Origin: Candidatus Omnitrophota bacterium
GTDB taxonomy: Bacteria; Omnitrophota; Gorgyraeia; Gygaellales; Profunditerraquicolaceae
Length of the DNA: 64,000 bases
Direction: 5' to 3'
NCBI GenBank assembly: GCA_041663665.1
Contig: JBAYMG010000003.1
Location: 3,991-67,990, forward strand
Positions 57,852 through 64,000 of the stretch are shown here, piece after piece (within the stretch, counting starts at the first letter, position 1; each line of letters starts with the position of its first letter). Both the position numbers and the translations under genes were made by a program. The notes beneath the pieces are model-generated. The model was not told where the DNA came from. It ran no database searches and worked only from the letters and a program-made list of their open reading frames with translations.

Positions 57852-58934
57852 ATGATCCCGATAATTATTTTCATTTTAATTTTAAGCTTACTTATTATCG
57901 TACACGAATTTGGCCATTTTATTGCTGCGCGTAAAAATGGCGTACGGGTAGAGCAATTTTCATTAGGTTTTGGGCCGCAGATTTTTAAGAAAAAATTTGG
58001 TGATACTGAATTTAGTATAAGCCTTATTCCTTTAGGCGGCTATGTTAAGATGTCCGGGGACAGTCAATCAGATTATAAAGGATTAGATTATGAGTATTTT
58101 TCAAAATCACCCGGGAAAAGATTCCAGATTATTTTTTTGGGCCCGTTTTTAAATTATCTTCTGGGGTTTTTATTTTTCTGGTTTATTCTTTTTATCGGTT
58201 ATCCCAGCCTGACCACCAAAGTCGGAGGATTAATTGATGGCTATGGCGCTCAAGAAGCCGGCCTTAAGGTTGGCGATAAGATTATCTCAGTTGGCGGTAA
58301 GCAAGTTTATTTCTGGGATGATCTCCAGAGCAGGATACAGGAAAGTAAATCTAATCCCAGCGTAGGAGTCAGTGTTTTGCGCAATAATCAAGAATTAAAA
58401 TTTAATGTCTTGCTTAAAAATAAAGTTTTTGATGATCAGTCGGGTAAAAAACGTGCTTTAGGAATTATTGGGATTTCTCCTTTTGACGAAATAGTTGAAG
58501 TAAAACATGGTTTTTTTGAATCGGCGTATTTGGGCATGCAAAAAACTATTAATTTAACTGTTATAACTTATCAGGGTTTATGGGGTTTGATCAGCGGAAA
58601 GATGTCAATGCGTGAATCTATGACCGGGCCGTTAGGGATATTCTTTATTACATCTAAGGCGGCAAAATTAGGATTAATCGCAGTAATGCACTTGATTGCA
58701 GTATTAAGCGTAAGTTTAGCAATTTTTAATCTTTTGCCGTTTCCGATTTTAGATGGCGGGCATTTATTTTTATTGGGGCTAGAGAAATTAAGAAAAAAAG
58801 CGTTGGGGGTTAAAACGGAAGAGGTAATTGGTAACATTGGTTTTACGCTTTTAATTAGCCTGACAATATTTGTTACTTATAATGATATCTTGCGGCTTTA
58901 TGGAGATAAGATCAGTAAATTAATTACTAAATAA
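57852..58934 (+). CDS. rseP: RIP metalloprotease RseP (site-2 protease, M50)
   Basis: HEFGHFIAAR (HExxH), PDZ segment, NLLPFPILDGGH (LDG motif); 360 aa. Confidence 0.9.
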   Translation: MIPIIIFILILSLLIIVHEFGHFIAARKNGVRVEQFSLGFGPQIFKKKFGDTEFSISLIPLGGYVKMSGDSQSDYKGLDYEYFSKSPGKRFQIIFLGPFLNYLLGFLFFWFILFIGYPSLTTKVGGLIDGYGAQEAGLKVGDKIISVGGKQVYFWDDLQSRIQESKSNPSVGVSVLRNNQELKFNVLLKNKVFDDQSGKKRALGIIGISPFDEIVEVKHGFFESAYLGMQKTINLTVITYQGLWGLISGKMSMRESMTGPLGIFFITSKAAKLGLIAVMHLIAVLSVSLAIFNLLPFPILDGGHLFLLGLEKLRKKALGVKTEEVIGNIGFTLLISLTIFVTYNDILRLYGDKISKLITK

Positions 58935-58935
58935 T

Positions 58936-60009
58936 ATGGAAATCAAGCGAAGAAAATCCCGGGTAGTTAAAATTGGCAAGGTTTTAATCGGTGCAGGAAA
59001 TCCGGTTGCTGTTCAATCGATGGCCAAAACAAAGACTTCCGATATTGATGGTACGGTCGAGCAAATTAAACGTTTGGAATTAGCCGGTTGCCAAATAATT
59101 CGCTTGGCGATTAAGGATCAGTCGGATGCTGAAGCCTTAAAACAGATTAAGCCTCAAGTGGCAATTCCTTTGGTTGCGGATATTCATTTCTCTTACCGTT
59201 TAGCAATTACTGCGATTGAAAATGGGGTTGATAAAATTAGGTTAAATCCGGGTAATATTGATAATCTTAAGCAGATTGAGATGGTTGTCTGTGCGTTAAA
59301 GGCCGCTAAGATTCCTTTGCGTATCGGCCTTAACAGTGGTTCGGTCAAAGATACCGGTCCGAGGAAATCATTAATGACTGATAAGCTAGTCTCTGCCTGC
59401 CTGGGTTATGTTAAAATGATTGAGAAATTGAAGTTTAATAATTTGGTAATTTCGCTTAAGGCCAACAATGTTTTGGATACAATCGAAAGTTACCGCAAGA
59501 TAGCCAGGCTTTGTGATTATCCTTTGCATTTAGGAGTTACTGCTACAGGTGCTCCTTACGGCGGCATCATTAAGTCTAGTGTCGCAATCGGTGCTTTACT
59601 ACTAGAGGGTATTGGTGATACAATAAGGGTATCGCTTACGGATGATCCGGTTGAAGAGGTAAAAGCAGCCAAATGTATTTTGGAATCTTTGGGCCTGCGG
59701 AATCGGGGCATTCAGATAATCAGTTGCCCTACTTGCGGCCGTTGTGAAGTAAACTTGATTAATATAGTTAAAGAGTTAGAAGATAAAATAGCCGTACAAG
59801 AACATAAAAGGACAGCGTATCCTTTAAAAGTAGCAGTTATGGGTTGTGTAGTTAATGGCCCGGGGGAAGCCAAAGAAGCAGATTTGGGAATTGCTTTTGG
59901 TAGAGACCAGGGGATATTATTTTCAAAAGGAAAGATAGTTAGAAAAGTATTGGCTAAAGATTGTGTGCGTGTTTTATTGCGGGAGCTTAAATTAAACACC
60001 TCGCGTTGA
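58936..60009 (+). CDS. ispG: 4-hydroxy-3-methylbut-2-enyl diphosphate synthase (GcpE)
   Basis: Full-length IspG with C-terminal 4Fe-4S Cys ligands (CPTCGRC ... GCVVNGPGE); 357 aa. Confidence 0.95.
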   Translation: MEIKRRKSRVVKIGKVLIGAGNPVAVQSMAKTKTSDIDGTVEQIKRLELAGCQIIRLAIKDQSDAEALKQIKPQVAIPLVADIHFSYRLAITAIENGVDKIRLNPGNIDNLKQIEMVVCALKAAKIPLRIGLNSGSVKDTGPRKSLMTDKLVSACLGYVKMIEKLKFNNLVISLKANNVLDTIESYRKIARLCDYPLHLGVTATGAPYGGIIKSSVAIGALLLEGIGDTIRVSLTDDPVEEVKAAKCILESLGLRNRGIQIISCPTCGRCEVNLINIVKELEDKIAVQEHKRTAYPLKVAVMGCVVNGPGEAKEADLGIAFGRDQGILFSKGKIVRKVLAKDCVRVLLRELKLNTSR

Positions 60010-60066
60010 TATCTAACCGTAGTTAATAAGTGTTTTTCGGTGTGCCTTTATAGGCAAGGAGGCAGG

Positions 60067-61326
60067 ATGCAGCATACATTAAAAAATAGGGTGCGTGAAG
60101 ATTTTATTGCGAAATACAGTTATATTTTGCAAAAAAGTTCCGGAGACAAAGTCGAGGTGGCAACGGTAGTTAGAAATATCCTGGAGGGGATTTTAAGCCA
60201 GCCGCGAGGCTCGCTCAAAGATCAGGATCGGACAAATATTATTAACGAACTGGTTGATGAATTCTCAGGGTTTGGGCCGATTGAGAGATTAATGATGGAC
60301 CCGGATATTACTGAAATTATGATTAATGGTACACAGAATGTATATATAGAAAAACAAGGGAAGAAGCAGCTAACGGATATTAAGTTTGATAGTGATCAGC
60401 AATTGATGTATATCATTCAAAAAATTTTAGCGCCAACCAGAAGGAGGGTTGATGAAGTAGTTCCCTATACGGATGTTTGCCTTCCGGATGGTTCGCGTGT
60501 GAATATTATTATCCCTCCCTTAGCTTTAGACGGGCCGACAATAACTATTCGCAAATTCCTTAAAAAAATTGTCAAAGCTGAACATCTTATTGAATTAGGG
60601 ACTCTGGATAGAAGAATGGCGGATTTTTTGATAGCCTGTATTAAGGGCAAGATTAATATTATATTCGCTGGTGCTACGGGAAGCGGAAAAACTACTACTG
60701 TTGGAGTATTCTCCAGCTATATTGATAATGACGAACGTACCATTACTATCGAAGATACAGCTGAGCTGCATTTAGCTCAAGATCATGTTGTCAGGCTCGA
60801 GACAAAGCCTTCTAATATTGAAGGAAAGGGCGAGATTACTATCCGGGATATTTTTCGTAATACCTTGCGTATGCGCCCGCAGAGAATTATTTTAGGTGAA
60901 ATTAGAAGTGCTGAAGCTTTGGATATGCTTCAGGCAATGTGCTCAGGGCATAATGGGGCTCTTTCAGTTATTCATGCTAACACTCCTCAAGAAGTTTTGT
61001 ACCGTTTGGAGACAATGATTCTTATGTCCGGGGTACCGATAACTTTGGAGGCAATACATCGTCAGATTGCTGAAAGCTTGCATTTAATTATTCAGCAAGA
61101 TCAACTTGCTGACGGGACGCGTAAAATTACACGTATTACCCAGGTTCATGGATTAAAAAACGGCTGGGTGAATTTGGAAGATATTTTTTTCTACGAGATT
61201 AGCAATGTTGTTGAGGGCGGGAAGGTTTATGGCCGTTTCAAAGCTACAGGAATAGAGCCGGCATTTTATCCTCTTTTTGTTAAACGAGGAGTAAACTTGC
61301 CCAAAGAAATTTTTAAAAAGGATTAG
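60067..61326 (+). CDS. CpaF/TadA-like secretion ATPase (T2SSE family), paralog 1
   Basis: Walker A GATGSGKTT, Asp box ITIEDTAEL, His box, Walker B RIILGEIR. ATG 60067 with AAGGAGG 5 nt upstream (track start GTG 60040). Confidence 0.85.
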   Translation: MQHTLKNRVREDFIAKYSYILQKSSGDKVEVATVVRNILEGILSQPRGSLKDQDRTNIINELVDEFSGFGPIERLMMDPDITEIMINGTQNVYIEKQGKKQLTDIKFDSDQQLMYIIQKILAPTRRRVDEVVPYTDVCLPDGSRVNIIIPPLALDGPTITIRKFLKKIVKAEHLIELGTLDRRMADFLIACIKGKINIIFAGATGSGKTTTVGVFSSYIDNDERTITIEDTAELHLAQDHVVRLETKPSNIEGKGEITIRDIFRNTLRMRPQRIILGEIRSAEALDMLQAMCSGHNGALSVIHANTPQEVLYRLETMILMSGVPITLEAIHRQIAESLHLIIQQDQLADGTRKITRITQVHGLKNGWVNLEDIFFYEISNVVEGGKVYGRFKATGIEPAFYPLFVKRGVNLPKEIFKKD

Positions 61327-61327
61327 T

Positions 61328-62572
61328 ATGTTTTGGTCAAAAGTTTTTATTCCGACGTTAAAAGAAACACCTAAAGAGGCAGAGTCAATAAGCCATCAAT
61401 TGTTGCTGCGTGCAGGTTTTGTGCGGATGCTGATGGCTGGAGCTTATACTTATCTTCCTTTAGGTTTGCGAGTTTTAGAAAAAATTCAGGAAATAATCCG
61501 CCAGGAGATGAATGCTTGCGGGGCCAGTGAATTGCTGCTGCCGGCTTTACATCCGCTTGAGCTTTGGCAGAAAACGGGCCGGGATAATGATTTAGGCGAA
61601 GTAATGTTGAAACTTAAAGATCGTCGCGGGAGATCTATCTGCCTGGGTCCGACGCATGAAGAAGTAATTACGGATTTAGTAAAAAATAATATTTCTAGTT
61701 ACCGGCAGTTGCCTCTGGTTTTATACCAAATCCAGACAAAATTCCGCGATGAGATGCGGCCGCGTTTTGGATTAATCCGTGCGTGCGAATTTATTATGAA
61801 GGACGCTTACAGTTTTGACCAGGATGAGGTAGGTTTAGATAAAAATTATCAGTTAATGTTTGAGGCCTATAAGCGGATATTTGCCAGGTGTGGTTTAGAG
61901 GTTTTAATTACTGAAGCAGATTCTGGTGTTATGGGGGGAAAAGTTTCCCATGAGTTTATGGCCGCAGCTGCACTTGGTGAAGATATAGTTTTGCGTTGTC
62001 CGAAATGTAAGTCGGCCAAGGCTTTTAAAGAGAATAATAATTCTTGCCCTAAATGCCAGGCAGAGATGGAGAAAGTTAATACTATTGAAGTCGGGCATAT
62101 ATTTAAACTCGGTTTAAAATATAGCCAGGCAATGCAGGCAAATTTTTCTGATATTTCAGGCCAGCTTAAGCCGGTAGTTATGGGTTGTTATGGAATCGGC
62201 GTATCGCGCTTGATTTCTACAATTATTGAACAAAATAATGACGCTAATGGAATTATTTGGCCGAAAGAAGTTGCTCCTTTTCAAATTATGATTTTACCTT
62301 TGGATGTGACTAATTCCAGGGTGATGGAGGAGTCAATGTATCTTTACCGGCAGATCAATAATGCTGGTTTTTCAGTGCTTTTGGATGATCGCGATGAGCG
62401 GGCTGGCGTAAAATTCAAGGATGCTGAGCTCATTGGCATACCTTTGAGTATTGTTGTTGGTAAAAAAAATATTGAAGAAAATAATATAGAATTGAGAATC
62501 CGCAAGGATAAAGTAACTAAGCTTGTACCCAAAGAAGAATTAATCGAATTTGTTACCAAATTTAGTTCATAA
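61328..62572 (+). CDS. proS: prolyl-tRNA synthetase, bacterial-type catalytic core without an INS editing domain, with a Cys4 ribbon insert
   Basis: N-terminus FIPTLKETPKEAESISHQLLLRAGF, class II motifs, C-terminal anticodon-binding domain. 414 aa. Insert LRCPKCKSAKAF...CPKCQAEM sits where INS normally is. Confidence 0.82.
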   Translation: MFWSKVFIPTLKETPKEAESISHQLLLRAGFVRMLMAGAYTYLPLGLRVLEKIQEIIRQEMNACGASELLLPALHPLELWQKTGRDNDLGEVMLKLKDRRGRSICLGPTHEEVITDLVKNNISSYRQLPLVLYQIQTKFRDEMRPRFGLIRACEFIMKDAYSFDQDEVGLDKNYQLMFEAYKRIFARCGLEVLITEADSGVMGGKVSHEFMAAAALGEDIVLRCPKCKSAKAFKENNNSCPKCQAEMEKVNTIEVGHIFKLGLKYSQAMQANFSDISGQLKPVVMGCYGIGVSRLISTIIEQNNDANGIIWPKEVAPFQIMILPLDVTNSRVMEESMYLYRQINNAGFSVLLDDRDERAGVKFKDAELIGIPLSIVVGKKNIEENNIELRIRKDKVTKLVPKEELIEFVTKFSS

Positions 62573-62585
62573 ATATTGAAAATAA

Positions 62586-63821
62586 ATGGCTATGGATAAT
62601 CATTTACAAACTGCTAAAGATGACATTATAAGGAAGCTTGCTTTGCGCGAAGATGAGTTTAAGTCCAGCCTCGCTCAAGGCGATCGTCTTGGTTTTCAGC
62701 GCATGATCGAAGCTGCTTTTAGGTCTGTGGTTAGAGAAAACAGGATTTCTTTTAATCGGGAAGAGCAGGATGAAGTTTTAAGTGAAGTCATAACTTATTT
62801 TATAGGATTTGGCCCAATTGAGATTTTACTTAAAGATCCGGATGTTACTGAAATCATGATCAACGGGCCAAGCCAAGTGTACGTTGAGCGTAAAGGGAAT
62901 TTAGAATTAACGGATATCACTTTTGAAAATGAAGCTCAGGTTGCGCATATTATTGAAAAGATAATTTCGCCTATGGGTAGAAGGATTTCTGAGTTTGAGC
63001 CTTTTGTTGATGCTAGGCTTAAGGATGGTTCGCGGGTTAATATTGTCAGGTCTCCGGTCTCCAGGATTGGCCCGGTTCTGACTATTAGAAAATTTTCTTA
63101 CCGTGTTTTACGTGCCGAGGATCTTATTAAGCTTGGAAGCCTTACTTCTTTAGCTGCGCAATTTCTCAAAGCTTGTGTAATAGCTAGGATAAATATAATA
63201 ATAGCCGGAGGTGCCGGAACAGGCAAGACTACTCTTTTGAATGCTTTGATCGATTTTATTCCGGAGAATGAAAGGCTGATTACTATTGAAGATACCCGGG
63301 AGTTAATTGTTTCAAGGAAACATGTCGTTCCAATGGAGACCAGGCCTTTTAATATCGAAGGCAAGGGTGAGATTAGTATAAGAGATTTATTTAAGAATGC
63401 TTTACATATGCGTCCGGATAGAGTCATTGCCGGTGAAGTCAGGGGGGATGAAGTATTAGATATGATCCAGGCGATGAATTCCGGCCATGAAGGTTCAATG
63501 ACTACTTTGCATGCCAGTTCGCCGGTAGAGGCTCTAGATCGCCTTGAGATTTTAACTTTAATGGGCAGCAGTAATAATATATCAAGTGAAGTAGCCCGGA
63601 GGCAGATTGTTGGTGCAGTGGATATGGTTGTTTACTTAACTAGATTTCCGGACGGTTCAAGAAGAGTTACTCAAATTAGTGAAGTGGCGAAATCCAAAGA
63701 ATATTCTGTGCAGGATATTTTTGTTTATGATGATAATTCTAAAGCCCTTAAAGCTACAAATATTAAGCCTCACTTTGCTAATAAGCTAAAGAAGTCAGCT
63801 AATTATGTAATGCAAGATTAG
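62586..63821 (+). CDS. CpaF/TadA-like secretion ATPase (T2SSE family), paralog 2
   Basis: Walker A GGAGTGKTT, ITIEDTREL, RVIAGEVRG. Clearly paralogous to 60067..61326 (e.g. FGPIE(R/I)L..DPD(I/V)TEIMING...DGSRVNI...TIRKF). Confidence 0.85.
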   Translation: MAMDNHLQTAKDDIIRKLALREDEFKSSLAQGDRLGFQRMIEAAFRSVVRENRISFNREEQDEVLSEVITYFIGFGPIEILLKDPDVTEIMINGPSQVYVERKGNLELTDITFENEAQVAHIIEKIISPMGRRISEFEPFVDARLKDGSRVNIVRSPVSRIGPVLTIRKFSYRVLRAEDLIKLGSLTSLAAQFLKACVIARINIIIAGGAGTGKTTLLNALIDFIPENERLITIEDTRELIVSRKHVVPMETRPFNIEGKGEISIRDLFKNALHMRPDRVIAGEVRGDEVLDMIQAMNSGHEGSMTTLHASSPVEALDRLEILTLMGSSNNISSEVARRQIVGAVDMVVYLTRFPDGSRRVTQISEVAKSKEYSVQDIFVYDDNSKALKATNIKPHFANKLKKSANYVMQD

Positions 63822-63836
63822 AACAGAGGAACGGTT

Positions 63837-64000
63837 TTGGATAAAGAAGAGTTAGTGTTTAAGCTAAATGAGTTGATCAATGCCTGCCTTATTGATAATG
63901 GTAGTGAGTTGATTGATTTAATTTGCAGGTTTGAAGGTAAAAATTTAATTATTAAGATTTTTGCGGATAAGCTGGAAGGCAAGATAACTTTAGGAGAATG
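63837..64000 (+). CDS. rimP: ribosome maturation factor RimP, 5' end (truncated by the window)
   Basis: TTG 63837 with AGAGGA 6 nt upstream. (M)DKEELVFKLNELINACLIDNGSELIDLICRFEGKNLIIKIFADK matches the RimP N-domain pattern (xxLVDVEF.REGG...LRIFIDK). Confidence 0.55.
   Translation, partial: MDKEELVFKLNELINACLIDNGSELIDLICRFEGKNLIIKIFADKLEGKITLGE

Overview
This is a 64 kb, AT-rich, very gene-dense chromosomal segment from a diderm bacterium that makes LPS. I call about 65 CDS. All but one are on the + strand, and many start/stop codons overlap by 1-11 nt. I could not recognise any rRNA, tRNA, CRISPR array, IS element or integrase by eye. The window looks like core genome with embedded lineage-specific gene fusions.

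Gene content, in order:
- purD, purE
- a YrdC(TsaC)-LMW-PTP fusion, then rpiB and glyA (the Bacillus ywlC-ywlE-ywlF-glyA neighbourhood)
- dCMP deaminase, nrdR, a BFN nuclease, cca, an AsmA-family protein
- an unusual operon: TrpB2, retropepsin-like protease, YjbQ, Macro/NUDIX fusion
- the only minus-strand gene, a Ski2/HelY-like helicase
- a DUF3786-like gene and a secreted thermonuclease
- aroC, spoVG, aroK, then dprA, topA, xer
- waaA, greA, a chagasin-like inhibitor, a nucleoside deaminase, a STAS-PilZ fusion
- a large LPS locus: lpxK, an LpxL-ELM1-like fusion, GT4-GT9 fusion, GT4, GT9, GT9-GT9 fusion, a DHS-like gene, heptose-7-P kinase, kdsB-kdsA-kdsD-kdsC, an LptC/LptA-like gene, lptB
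- a short trigger factor, clpP, serC-type aminotransferase, serA
- a secreted degenerate metallophosphoesterase with two thioredoxin-like CxxC domains
- an HMGL-like synthase, purA, an OmpA lipoprotein, a coiled-coil lipoprotein, DUF4912 and a GH57 branching enzyme
- uppS-cdsA-dxr-rseP-ispG
- two paralogous CpaF/TadA-like ATPases flanking proS, and the 5' end of rimP

The most unusual items are the TrpB2-protease-YjbQ-Macro/NUDIX operon, the STAS-PilZ fusion, the heavily fused LPS-core glycosyltransferase block with an embedded deoxyhypusine-synthase-like gene, the secreted pseudo-phosphoesterase/thioredoxin protein, and the CpaF-proS-CpaF arrangement. All domain calls come from reading motifs in the supplied translations. 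No database search was run.
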